A DNA stretch of 58,111 bases, from the IMG/VR virus record IMGVR_UViG_3300025141_000107, positions 1-58,111 of that record. One strand, 5' to 3'. The position numbers and the translations under genes were made by a program. Position 1 is the stretch's first letter. Each line of letters opens with the position of its first letter. Positions 34,554 through 43,916 of this stretch are shown here, piece after piece. This DNA comes from a virus (taxonomy: Duplodnaviria > Caudoviricetes). The notes beneath the pieces are model-generated. The model was not told the origin of the DNA, ran no database searches, and worked only from the letters and a program-made list of their open reading frames with translations.

Positions 34554-35624
34554 ATGAAAATCACGCGCAGACAACTAAGACAGATCATCAAGGAATCATT
34601 CTCAGGCTACGCATCTGAGCGTCCGAATAACCCAATGGAACGTGCCTATGCCAGGCGTGCCGAAGAAGAGGCTGCAGCCAAGGCTGAAGAAGATATAGAT
34701 CACAGTGAGCTTGAAGAGACTTTAGATGACATTCTGTTGAGTCTATTACGTGTTCCAGGAGTTCATGACGATGCATTGATAGGTGACCCTCCACATTTGT
34801 CAGATGAGCAGCAAGCTCTTCAAGAGCTTCAAGCCCATGGGTTGACAGCTGATCGTGCGAAAGAGTACATCACAAACTTTTTGAAGTGGGCCGAGGAAGA
34901 GGGAGATGAAATTGACCTGGCAAAGCTTAGTAGGTCCGGCATGTACCTCGACTACTCCGGCTCTCCGGGGGTCTATAACGAATCAACCATACAAATAGAT
35001 CGTAATCATCTAAGAAGAATAATCAAGGAAGAGCTCCGTGGGCTCAACGAGAGCATAAGCGTTGATACTTATGAATCTCTTGAAAGGGCACTTAGAGGGC
35101 GTGACAGAGAAGAGCTTTCACGTATACTAAGTGTCGCATATGAGGAAGGTATAGCATCTTACTCTCCGGACCAAATAGTTGCAGGAATCCCAGGTAAGAC
35201 AAGAGATCGACCAGTTGATCCTGATCCCCACAAAGAAGTTGTCAACGACATCACGTCTCTCGTGAGAAGCATTCTAGCTGACATAGAAAATGATGGCTCT
35301 GGTGTCACAAGAAATCTAGAAGATATTACTCCTCAAGATATGGCAGATGCAAAGAGATATGCCGGCTCAGAACCTGTTGATCAAGCTAGATATCTCGGGA
35401 TTGATGTTGATGATTGGTATCGCATTAGAGAAGACATGGATGACTGGTATGAAGAGAGACACTGGATGGACCAGGCTGACGCAGACGATGACTGGTATGA
35501 CTTACCTGAGCTATCTCCGGCTATTCCAGATGATCATCCTAGCTTAGCACGGGGTCCTTCTAAGAAGCCGCATCCGCTTGACACTGATGGTGACGGTGAT
35601 GTTGACTACGATGAGATATCATAA
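34554..35624 (+). CDS. Leader-bearing protein with internal second leader and C-terminal EF-hand-like loop
   Basis: MKITRRQLRQIIKES; IDRNHLRRIIKEELRGLNE; DTDGDGDVDYDE. Confidence 0.85.
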   Translation: MKITRRQLRQIIKESFSGYASERPNNPMERAYARRAEEEAAAKAEEDIDHSELEETLDDILLSLLRVPGVHDDALIGDPPHLSDEQQALQELQAHGLTADRAKEYITNFLKWAEEEGDEIDLAKLSRSGMYLDYSGSPGVYNESTIQIDRNHLRRIIKEELRGLNESISVDTYESLERALRGRDREELSRILSVAYEEGIASYSPDQIVAGIPGKTRDRPVDPDPHKEVVNDITSLVRSILADIENDGSGVTRNLEDITPQDMADAKRYAGSEPVDQARYLGIDVDDWYRIREDMDDWYEERHWMDQADADDDWYDLPELSPAIPDDHPSLARGPSKKPHPLDTDGDGDVDYDEIS

Positions 35625-35666
35625 TAATATACTCACTGAAGAAGCTTGATTTAATTAAATTAAATG

Positions 35667-35695
35667 TTGTAAACACTTCTATAACATGTTAGAAT
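35667..35695 (+). promoter_or_regulatory. Promoter
   Basis: TTGTAA-N17-TAGAAT with TG extension. Confidence 0.55.
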
Positions 35696-35746
35696 TTCTT
35701 AATTGACAAAAATGTCAATACTATGCTAACAACAGGAGAATATAGC

Positions 35747-35974
35747 ATGCCATATAATAAGTCAAAGTCCACCAAGCGCTTCAGCTTCGGTATCAACCGT
35801 AACACCACCGCCAAGAAGGCAGGTTCTAACATCGTAACTATCGCGACCCTTCCCTACGAGGATAGCCAGTACAGTGTTGGCCAGACAAGCCTTACCATGA
35901 CGGTCCGTGAAGCTCAAGCTCTTCGTACTTTCTTGAACGAGAACCTTGACTATAGCTCAGATGTGACACTCTAG
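35747..35974 (+). CDS. Small monocistronic protein
   Basis: AGGAG RBS, own promoter and terminator. Confidence 0.75.
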   Translation: MPYNKSKSTKRFSFGINRNTTAKKAGSNIVTIATLPYEDSQYSVGQTSLTMTVREAQALRTFLNENLDYSSDVTL

Positions 35975-36002
35975 TCATTAATCTAAGATAATAGAAAAAT
36001 AC

Positions 36003-36034
36003 AACAGCTACGACTTAGTCGTAGCTGTTTTTTT
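36003..36034 (+). terminator. Intrinsic terminator
   Basis: AACAGCTACGAC-TTA-GTCGTAGCTGTT with T7 tail. Confidence 0.85.
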
Positions 36035-36114
36035 GTGTATTTGCAAATCAATCTCAAAAACATCTTATGGAATATAATAGTGATAGATAAATAATAACAG
36101 GAGCAGTGATTTAA

Positions 36115-36726
36115 TTGACTAGCAGGATAATGATAATTGCATCAATATTGCTTTTGATTAACTGTAACAATCAAAATGTTAAAGAAGATTGTGAACATGA
36201 GTCGCCAGCGGAAGTTAGAAAACCACAAATAGTTCTTGATGTTATTAAAATTTTTCCTGATCCTAAAATTTCTCATTTCTGGATAATAACACCAAAGATT
36301 ACGTTCTGCAAGTCGAGTGGAATATCAGAGACAAGGGCACGTCAGGCCGTGAGCTATTGGAAAAAATTAGGATATCCAATACTAGAAGTTAAGTTTATTA
36401 GAAATGACGCAGAGTGCATACGGGATGCAGAGTACGGTGAAATTATGGTTAAAATTATAAATAGCGACACTCCGATTGGAAATAATCTCGCAGTGACAAG
36501 TGTGGCATATAGATCTGACACCAGGGTGATACTCACTGCTTCGATTTATATGATACCAGGATACGCGAATAAACCAAGAGTTATCGAGCACGAGATCGGT
36601 CACGCTCTTGGGTGGGGCCACTATGGAAGATCTTACCACATTATGAATCCTAATTATAAGGATACAGGATCTAATGCATATGGTCTTAGATACTCTTCAT
36701 ACAGATCTCTTTCAGAAAAATTTTAA
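36115..36726 (+). CDS. Matrixin/M10-like metzincin metalloprotease
   Basis: HEIGHALGWGH plus IMNP Met-turn; N-terminal signal/lipobox-like segment. Confidence 0.85.
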   Translation: MTSRIMIIASILLLINCNNQNVKEDCEHESPAEVRKPQIVLDVIKIFPDPKISHFWIITPKITFCKSSGISETRARQAVSYWKKLGYPILEVKFIRNDAECIRDAEYGEIMVKIINSDTPIGNNLAVTSVAYRSDTRVILTASIYMIPGYANKPRVIEHEIGHALGWGHYGRSYHIMNPNYKDTGSNAYGLRYSSYRSLSEKF

Positions 36727-36823
36727 AAATAATTTGAATGTATTGCTGCTCTCAAGCTTATAATACATGTAGCGTGAGCTACAGTATAATATATGTAGTA
36801 ATGCTACAGGGGATAATTTAAAA

Positions 36824-37144
36824 ATGAGAATAGCAGTTATATTTGCAATTTTAACAGCAGTGGGTTTAGAATCTACTGCATATGCGCATGGCAATTCAAA
36901 AAATATACATTCGCAACATAAGACACACACAACGTGGATATGGATAGAAGGTCACTGGAATCAAAATAAGTGGACTATAGGTCATTGGATACACCCGAGA
37001 TACGGAAAATCATACAGAAGATTTCATCATGGTCCTCCGCTTGCTCACCAGAGCCATTATCACAATACTATACATGTCAATGGTCACTGGTCTGGAAAGG
37101 GCAAGAATAAAAAATGGATTCGACCTCACCGCCACAAAAGATAA
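36824..37144 (+). CDS. Secreted YXWGXW/WXXGXW-repeat protein
   Basis: Signal peptide; WIEGHW, WTIGHW, VNGHW. Confidence 0.75.
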   Translation: MRIAVIFAILTAVGLESTAYAHGNSKNIHSQHKTHTTWIWIEGHWNQNKWTIGHWIHPRYGKSYRRFHHGPPLAHQSHYHNTIHVNGHWSGKGKNKKWIRPHRHKR

Positions 37145-37213
37145 AAAACTTAAACATTTCAAATTTTTGATATATTTTTAATGATCATCAACATTAAAAG
37201 GAGACTTAATATT

Positions 37214-37465
37214 ATGATTGATAAACTAAAGAAACTTCTTACAAATTGGAAGGTAAGTGTTGTCCTTGTGGGCGGCGCTGTGGTTGTTGCAACAGTTTTT
37301 GGTACATGTACATTTGAACCTGGAGCTGATGCAGAGAGTGAAACAAGTGAAGAGAGTGAAGCACCAGGTGCGGATGTATCTACTACTACAGATGGCGAGG
37401 AAGCTTCAAGCACAGACGTTGACGTTGACATAGAGACAGAAGATAGTGAGACTACAGCTAACTAG
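37214..37465 (+). CDS. Small membrane-anchored acidic protein
   Basis: AGGAG RBS; TM plus E/T/S-rich tail. Confidence 0.75.
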   Translation: MIDKLKKLLTNWKVSVVLVGGAVVVATVFGTCTFEPGADAESETSEESEAPGADVSTTTDGEEASSTDVDVDIETEDSETTAN

Positions 37466-37483
37466 TTTTTCAATTTAGAGATT

Positions 37484-37521
37484 AAAACAGATGACATGAA
37501 AAATGTCATCTGTTTTTTTTT
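37484..37521 (+). terminator. Intrinsic terminator
   Basis: AAAACAGATGACAT-GAAAA-ATGTCATCTGTTTT with T tail. Confidence 0.85.
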
Positions 37522-37542
37522 ATATTGCTTGATAATTAGCAA

Positions 37543-37785
37543 TTGAGGTCTCGAGCTGTAGTGAATTTAGATTTAAACGAGTTTAGATTATCTATTTTAA
37601 ATACTGGTGATATGGGATGCTTTAGAAGACCTACATCAAAAAAAGAAGATGAGTATATAGGTTTAATAATAAACGTAGATAAAACATGCTCTGATGGTGA
37701 AGTAACCTACCATGTCCTATGTCATGACAGCAGCATGAGATTTTTCACGGAGCAAGAAATTATTGAACATTTATTTAAAATTTGA
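37543..37785 (+). CDS. Small SH3-like hypothetical protein
   Basis: NTGDM..IGLII..YHVL. Confidence 0.55.
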   Translation: MRSRAVVNLDLNEFRLSILNTGDMGCFRRPTSKKEDEYIGLIINVDKTCSDGEVTYHVLCHDSSMRFFTEQEIIEHLFKI

Positions 37786-37862
37786 GATAAGAACATTTTT
37801 TAAAAATAATTTTAATAAAATGATAACAAATTGTTATAATTTACTTGCTCAAAGAGATATGA

Positions 37863-38216
37863 ATGCCTAACTATAAAGTTGGAGACATTGTTTTGGTAAA
37901 GTCTATTGCTGGTGACTTTGTTCCGCGTGTTCACGTTAGACTACTAGAGCGTGTAATAGTGAAACCAACAAAAGGAAAAAGGGTCGGAATTAGAATGTCT
38001 ATGGACTGGCCTGGCTACAGTGGCTGGGAAGCTGAAATGGTATATCAGGAAGAAATTGATGATTTAAGAAAAAATTGTTCTATTCCGTTTAACGCACCAG
38101 GTGATCGAACTTTTGTTTATGATAGCTGCATCATTAAGAAACCTAGAAAAAGTAAAAAACTAGACAATGTTAAAATAAATTCTTCTGGAAAGAGAACAAT
38201 TGTTAGAAAAAAATAA
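37863..38216 (+). CDS. MKVGDLV-like protein
   Basis: YKVGDIVLVK. Confidence 0.75.
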   Translation: MPNYKVGDIVLVKSIAGDFVPRVHVRLLERVIVKPTKGKRVGIRMSMDWPGYSGWEAEMVYQEEIDDLRKNCSIPFNAPGDRTFVYDSCIIKKPRKSKKLDNVKINSSGKRTIVRKK

Positions 38217-38271
38217 AAAATAGCCGTGAAGTTGCTATATATAAAGAAAAAAATAAAAGGATTTAAAATAT

Positions 38272-38634
38272 ATGATTAAATTAATATCCGCCATTATTGT
38301 GAGCTCGTTAATTTCCAATACTGCTGCGGCAAATTCGAGTTCAAAAACTTTTTACGTGGGTGAGAAAGTTAAGATATGCTATTCTCCAGATGAGATTGTT
38401 CACAAGCCCGACGTAAACGGTTCGCCATATTTCTTAAATTATAATAGTGAAAGTAAGGATAGCACTTATTTAACAATTGTAATATGGAGCCATGATATTC
38501 CCAAGCTTGAGATAAACCCGTATAGCTATTTTTCATCAGATAATCTTTGTCTAGAGGGTAATATTACTACGTACCGTGAAAGAAAACAGCTCGTTATAAG
38601 AGAAATAGATCAATTAGTTATAAATACTAAATAA
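38272..38634 (+). CDS. Secreted OB-fold-like protein
   Basis: Signal peptide; VGEKVK..FLN..TIVIW..EGNITTY..QL pattern. Confidence 0.6.
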   Translation: MIKLISAIIVSSLISNTAAANSSSKTFYVGEKVKICYSPDEIVHKPDVNGSPYFLNYNSESKDSTYLTIVIWSHDIPKLEINPYSYFSSDNLCLEGNITTYRERKQLVIREIDQLVINTK

Positions 38635-38683
38635 AATTATCTTAATTTAGGATATTTATTTTCGTTGACACACGGAGAAGAAA

Positions 38684-38938
38684 GTGAAAATAAAGAGGTC
38701 TGAGATTATTAAAATAATCAATAAAATAATAGAAGAACAGTTTACTATTCCTGTACATTCTAAACATAGTGACTTTCCCATGTTTTCTGAATCAGATGTA
38801 GAAGATGAAGATGGTGAAGATATTGATGAGCAAGGTTTTGTCTCTCCGGCTGCATCTCTGCAGGCGGACGGTGATGATGCACGTGCAATGCAGGGAGGAT
38901 TTCCTGTATACCAATATGATGAGGCTGAAGAGCGTTGA
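38684..38938 (+). CDS. Small acidic leader-bearing protein
   Basis: MKIKRSEIIKIINKIIEE. Confidence 0.7.
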   Translation: MKIKRSEIIKIINKIIEEQFTIPVHSKHSDFPMFSESDVEDEDGEDIDEQGFVSPAASLQADGDDARAMQGGFPVYQYDEAEER

Positions 38939-39360
38939 AAAAAAATGGTGCAGGGTTTTTAATCGGAAAGATTTTTCCCGATGGCAATATTAGATTCCTT
39001 GGCCTTGTTGCACCAATTGAGACAAGAGTAAAAAAGAAAGGAATTTTTGATATTCCAAAGGGAAAGATAAAGCCTGGAGAGAGTTCACTAGACTGCGCAA
39101 TAAGGGAGTGCTTTGAAGAATCAGGAATTTTAATATCTAGAAAAGATATTATTGGAAAGCCATACAGTGATAAAAATTTAATAATCTACCCAGCAATTTC
39201 AAATAGCGATGTTGAAATTTTACCAAACCCAGAGACTGGTATCGTAGAGCATGAAGGGGCGATGTGGCTATCAAGAGATGAGATTGAAAATCTTTGTCTT
39301 GATTATCTATCTAGAATTATTAAAAAACTGACGGTATCTTTCACTACTCGCGTGAGATAA
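38935..39360 (+). CDS. NUDIX hydrolase
   Basis: PKGKIKPGESSLDCAIRECFEESG Nudix box. Confidence 0.9.
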   Translation: MKKNGAGFLIGKIFPDGNIRFLGLVAPIETRVKKKGIFDIPKGKIKPGESSLDCAIRECFEESGILISRKDIIGKPYSDKNLIIYPAISNSDVEILPNPETGIVEHEGAMWLSRDEIENLCLDYLSRIIKKLTVSFTTRVR

Positions 39361-39417
39361 AAATAATTTTGTCAAATACATATACACATAAACATTATTA
39401 TGTTTCAAGGGTGTAAA

Positions 39418-39765
39418 ATGATACTAAAGAGAAGTGATCTTGCTAGGTTAATACTAGAAGAGAGTACAAGACTTGATGAAGATTGCGGCTGCGGAGGTTC
39501 CATGTCTGATGATGAATATATGGATTCGACTCTGCCCTTTGAAGAAGCTGATTATGAACTAGAATCTCATGACTTGCCAGATGAGATGAGTAACTTTATT
39601 GACAATGATGATTACTATTATGATAATTTGGGAAATGAAGTATTTACATCTAATACGTTTCTATCCAGGGATGAAGCACTCAAGGCAGTCGTAGCTCTCG
39701 CACAGTCAACATCATGCTCGGTAACAAAGGAAGCATTGCTGGGTGTCGTTAGAAACCTTATGTAA
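39418..39765 (+). CDS. Leader-bearing acidic protein
   Basis: MILKRSDLARLILEESTRLDE; DCGCG. Confidence 0.75.
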   Translation: MILKRSDLARLILEESTRLDEDCGCGGSMSDDEYMDSTLPFEEADYELESHDLPDEMSNFIDNDDYYYDNLGNEVFTSNTFLSRDEALKAVVALAQSTSCSVTKEALLGVVRNLM

Positions 39766-39776
39766 GTTTTAAAACA

Positions 39777-40244
39777 ATGTCTACAAAAAAAAATAAAAAA
39801 TCAAAGAAGAAACATTCTAAATCCAAGACTTCCCTTGGGTGGCCAGAAGGGACCGATAGCAATTTATTTCTTGATAAACCTTTTGTAGCACTGTCAAATC
39901 TAAGTATCAAAAAGAATGGAAAGGAAGTTCCGGTTAACGTACAGATATCTGACTATTTAAAAAGTATGAAGCTATTGGAAAAATCAATAAAAAATCTAGA
40001 AAATACAATTGAAAAATCTGATAATTTGACCAGGAATTATAAAATAATGAGCGAGGGTAGGAAACTTAAGAGACGATACAAGGGAAAGGTATACACAACT
40101 ACAAGAGCTATGATTGAAGCTGTTTCACTATACGATATGGGAAGAATATCTAAAAAAGATCTAATAGAATCAGCGTCGTGGGCTTCCAATCCAGAATCAG
40201 CAATTAGAGTAGCCATGATGATAGCGGGAATTTATCCGTACTAG
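39777..40244 (+). CDS. Basic hypothetical protein
   Basis: 155-aa ORF in operon. Confidence 0.7.
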   Translation: MSTKKNKKSKKKHSKSKTSLGWPEGTDSNLFLDKPFVALSNLSIKKNGKEVPVNVQISDYLKSMKLLEKSIKNLENTIEKSDNLTRNYKIMSEGRKLKRRYKGKVYTTTRAMIEAVSLYDMGRISKKDLIESASWASNPESAIRVAMMIAGIYPY

Positions 40245-40250
40245 GAAAAT

Positions 40251-40757
40251 ATGAAACTTAGAACTAACATTGAAAGAATTAAAATGCTAACAGAGACACT
40301 GGTAGATAGAGACTCTGTCAGGTTGAAAATAATAAGTTTGTTTGATAAGTTTTGCAATGATTTTCCCATACCGATGGATGCATGGATTGTTGATGAAAAT
40401 TTAAAATTTATATCTAAAAACGGGCAGGAGATAAAAAAAGAAATATCAGTTTATGATATTTTTTCCGATGCGAGCAAAGATAAAAATATAGAAATGCACA
40501 AAAGAGCGCTTTCAGGCGAGTGCGTAACATACACTATTTTAGATAATGATACTACTTTTTTAACAAAGCTGATACCCGCAGAAGGTATATCAAATATGGT
40601 TTTTGGAATTTCAATGAATGTTACATCTTTTGTTAATCTAGCAGCAGCACTTGAGCATCATTGCAAAGATATTGAAAGTAGTGAGTGTGATCTGATTAAA
40701 AGGGTAAAGAATGATTCTTTGTACAGTGCTATTATAAAAGGAGATCTTGATGAATGA
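40251..40757 (+). CDS. PAS-domain-like protein
   Basis: WIVDENLKF...HKRALSGE...GISMNVT. Confidence 0.6.
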   Translation: MKLRTNIERIKMLTETLVDRDSVRLKIISLFDKFCNDFPIPMDAWIVDENLKFISKNGQEIKKEISVYDIFSDASKDKNIEMHKRALSGECVTYTILDNDTTFLTKLIPAEGISNMVFGISMNVTSFVNLAAALEHHCKDIESSECDLIKRVKNDSLYSAIIKGDLDE

Positions 40758-41073
40758 TAATCAAAATGGATGGAATGAGTATTCAAAGTTAGTTCTTAAA
40801 GAGCTTACAACTCTTGCTGCAAGTATTCAGTCTCTGAATTCAGAGATTCAGGAGCTCAAGCAAGAAATTGCTCGTATGCGCGAAAGAGAGGACAGGGTGG
40901 ATGACATTAAAGTCTGGAAAGAGAAGATAGACGAGGTCGTATCTCCCACTCAACTTCAAGGATATGTTAAAGATATCGAAGATCTTAGGGCATTTAAAAC
41001 CAAGGCAATCACAGTATTTGCAATCGTTCAGTTTTTAATGGCAGCTGCTGTAAGTGCTTCTAAGATCTTTTAA
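40750..41073 (+). CDS. Coiled-coil protein with C-terminal TM
   Basis: GGAG RBS; heptad pattern plus hydrophobic C-terminus. Confidence 0.75.
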   Translation: MNDNQNGWNEYSKLVLKELTTLAASIQSLNSEIQELKQEIARMREREDRVDDIKVWKEKIDEVVSPTQLQGYVKDIEDLRAFKTKAITVFAIVQFLMAAAVSASKIF

Positions 41074-41089
41074 CTAGTGGAATTTTAAA

Positions 41090-41935
41090 ATGAAAATAAG
41101 AAAATTAATACTTGAAAAAATTATTAAAGAAGAGCTCATGCTAGATGAAAAAAGAGATCTAGCGACACTTCTAGAAGATGATGATGAGTACGTTCCAAAG
41201 GTTGATAGGCTTAGACAAGGTAAAGCATATAAAAAATACATGGATGCATTTGATGCGAATGTAATTGATAAATTACATACAATTGCTGCAGATGAGGAGG
41301 TTCGTCCGTACTTTGGCTACGCAGGAATGGCTATAAAGATAGGTTCTACAAAGCACTTTCTAAAATCTGTAGGCGTTGAAAGTGAACATCTACGAAATGT
41401 TCTTGCAGGCGGTTTTGAAAATATACCTTCCAAATACTGGGTAGGTGTAATAGAGCACTGGTCGACGACTGTTCCTGAATATGGCCACAAGGGTTGCGAT
41501 GCAGTTGCAGATGCTTTTGTAAGAGGTGTTATATATGATATAATCACAGGGCCATCTGGTGCTGTAGCAAGGGCAAGAAAGGTAAGGAGCATATCCGCCA
41601 TCGTACAAAAACATCGACTCATAGGGTTGGTCATAAATGATGAGATGCTTGAGGCTATACTTTCAGCTCAGACAATTGAGGAGATAATGAAGACAAGCCA
41701 AGCAAAAGAAGCTGTTAAGAAGGTATCAGCTAAAATTTGCACATCTTCGTGGGATGAATTTTTACTTAATGCAGAGTCTGAAATTGTAAAATACGCTGCA
41801 GAATTAACAGCTATTGTTCTTGGAGTTCCCACACCAGGCGGGGGAGGCGGAGGTGGTACACCTCCAGCTCCAGGAAAAACTTGCTCAGGCGGAGGGGCAC
41901 CTGATGGGAACGATATGTGTCCAGAAGACTACTGA
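41090..41935 (+). CDS. Leader-bearing protein
   Basis: MKIRKLILEKIIKEELMLDE; Gly/Pro tail. Confidence 0.8.
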   Translation: MKIRKLILEKIIKEELMLDEKRDLATLLEDDDEYVPKVDRLRQGKAYKKYMDAFDANVIDKLHTIAADEEVRPYFGYAGMAIKIGSTKHFLKSVGVESEHLRNVLAGGFENIPSKYWVGVIEHWSTTVPEYGHKGCDAVADAFVRGVIYDIITGPSGAVARARKVRSISAIVQKHRLIGLVINDEMLEAILSAQTIEEIMKTSQAKEAVKKVSAKICTSSWDEFLLNAESEIVKYAAELTAIVLGVPTPGGGGGGGTPPAPGKTCSGGGAPDGNDMCPEDY

Positions 41936-41938
41936 TTA

Positions 41939-42178
41939 ATGGGAAAAGAATCTAAAAAAGATATAGCAAATATCATATTTGATCTAATAGAGTCTAATGT
42001 CAATGTAAGAGCATTTAAAGGTTTCGGATCTACACAGGTATTCTTCGATAGATCACCGACAAATCTAGGAAAATCATCGGTTAGTGTAGCCATAGAGAAA
42101 GACAAGCCTTCTGAAAAAGAATCTCACGACAGGAAAAAGCTAGTTAAGGTTAGTAGGGCATTTATAAAGACCCTATAG
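41939..42178 (+). CDS. Hypothetical protein
   Basis: Operonic position. Confidence 0.6.
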   Translation: MGKESKKDIANIIFDLIESNVNVRAFKGFGSTQVFFDRSPTNLGKSSVSVAIEKDKPSEKESHDRKKLVKVSRAFIKTL

Positions 42179-42700
42179 AGAGCTTACAAATCTCTTTCCA
42201 AATGTATGTGCAGGTGACTCACTCTTATACAGGCACATAGCATCCTGCTTGTAGTGATAGAATTCATGTGCAACTGTCTCATAAATACCTTCACTTGGTT
42301 GATCAATTCCAATATAAAGCTCAGCAGTATCACCACTGTGAAAAGAGTCATATGACCCCCAAATATCCTTATCGTTCCACCTCTGCCAGTCTAAAAAATG
42401 CATTACATCCCTGTCTAAAAGCACTTTATCATCAAGAAGATATAGTTCAACCTTTAGATCTTTACACGGCTTCATATTGTGAAAGTTAATACTTTCTAGT
42501 ACAGCTGGCAATATTCCAATAACTATCTCAGCTTTTTGTGGAGACTCAGCATATATTTTAATATCACCATACGAATATTGAGTAAATTCAACATTGTCAA
42601 ATAGTTTATCATGATAATTTTCTATTTTTTCTCGTGCAAAAGCACTACTTGACAATGTTGAAAAAGTAAAGAAAACGAGAAATAGTATTTGTTTAAACAT
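42173..42700 (-). CDS. Secreted HExxH protein
   Basis: Signal peptide MFKQILFL..AFA; TVAHEFYH. Confidence 0.7.
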   Translation of the reverse strand: MFKQILFLVFFTFSTLSSSAFAREKIENYHDKLFDNVEFTQYSYGDIKIYAESPQKAEIVIGILPAVLESINFHNMKPCKDLKVELYLLDDKVLLDRDVMHFLDWQRWNDKDIWGSYDSFHSGDTAELYIGIDQPSEGIYETVAHEFYHYKQDAMCLYKSESPAHTFGKRFVSSL

Positions 42701-42743
42701 AATTAATTGTATATAGATTTTTTCAAATTTACAAGGCATAGTA

Positions 42744-43916
42744 ATGAAATTCTCAGAGAGCTATTTAAAAAGAATTATCAAGGAAGAAGTTTCAAAAAGC
42801 TTTCAAATTCTCAACGAGGATGAGTGGCAGTGGGATAATGACGCCTGGGAGTGGATAACAGGGGATCCTAATATAAATACGACAGCTAGTCGGGTAGGTG
42901 CTAATCTGGGCCAAGCTGCCAATGCACCAGGCGAGGCAGTTCAGGCAGGCGCGAAGAAAATTGATAAATATATACTAGACCCGTTACTAGATGAGTGGGA
43001 GGGCCGTCACATTCCGATGCCGGGATGGCTATACGATGCTCTTGAAGCATCGCCTGAACTTGCGAAGAAACTAGCAGTTGCTGCGGGCGAAGAGATAGAA
43101 GATGAGTGGAAAGGCGGGCACTTTCCTCTTCCTACATGGGCATATGAGCTAGGTGACTGGGTAGCAGATACCCCAGAGAGAGCAGCCACTACTCATGATC
43201 TTAAGCTTGTCCAAGCGCCGCCTGCAAGATCAGACTTTAGTGGAAATTTATCTGGAAAGAAGTTTGTGCAATCATCTGATCTAGAGACATCTAGCTATTA
43301 TGAGGCTATTCATAAATTTTTTGATAAACAAAAACGAATCGAGTTATCAAACATTACTATGATTAAGGATCCATGGCAACATAAAATTCACGAAGATTTC
43401 GCAATGTTTCCCGGATTAATGTGGGGACCAGAGCCTTCAAAGGCCTGGGGAAGCTATCAACCTCAGGTTACGTGGTTGGCAAATAGACTTTTAAAACACG
43501 GTCTGTCGGGAGAGGAAAATATAAAATATGTTCTTCAGGCGTACAAGCCACCCGATGAATGGGAATTGGGTGATGGTGAGCCCCCTAGTGCTATGCCAGA
43601 ATTTGTAAGTCCATACTGGTATACAGAAAGATATGCAATTGATTGGGCTAAGAAAATTCATGATGAGCAGACTAGGATTGGCACTGCTGATTCTGACAAT
43701 GCAATGTTTGGAATTTATGAGTGTAGGTATAAAATGGCATTTCCTCGAGAACAGCTTGACTATATTGGAACTGCTCTAGGCAGTGTTGGAGATATGCTGG
43801 CACGAGACTTTCTTGACCCAGTACAAGAGGACTATCAGAATTGCAATGTTGTAGGAAAAACTGATGATCCAAGATTTGTAGATTCTAATAGCAGAATGAT
43901 TTTTATAAGCTATTAG
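42744..43916 (+). CDS. Leader-bearing protein with internal repeat
   Basis: MKFSESYLKRIIKEE..ILNE; DEWEGRHIPMPGWLY / DEWKGGHFPLPTWAY. Confidence 0.8.
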   Translation: MKFSESYLKRIIKEEVSKSFQILNEDEWQWDNDAWEWITGDPNINTTASRVGANLGQAANAPGEAVQAGAKKIDKYILDPLLDEWEGRHIPMPGWLYDALEASPELAKKLAVAAGEEIEDEWKGGHFPLPTWAYELGDWVADTPERAATTHDLKLVQAPPARSDFSGNLSGKKFVQSSDLETSSYYEAIHKFFDKQKRIELSNITMIKDPWQHKIHEDFAMFPGLMWGPEPSKAWGSYQPQVTWLANRLLKHGLSGEENIKYVLQAYKPPDEWELGDGEPPSAMPEFVSPYWYTERYAIDWAKKIHDEQTRIGTADSDNAMFGIYECRYKMAFPREQLDYIGTALGSVGDMLARDFLDPVQEDYQNCNVVGKTDDPRFVDSNSRMIFISY

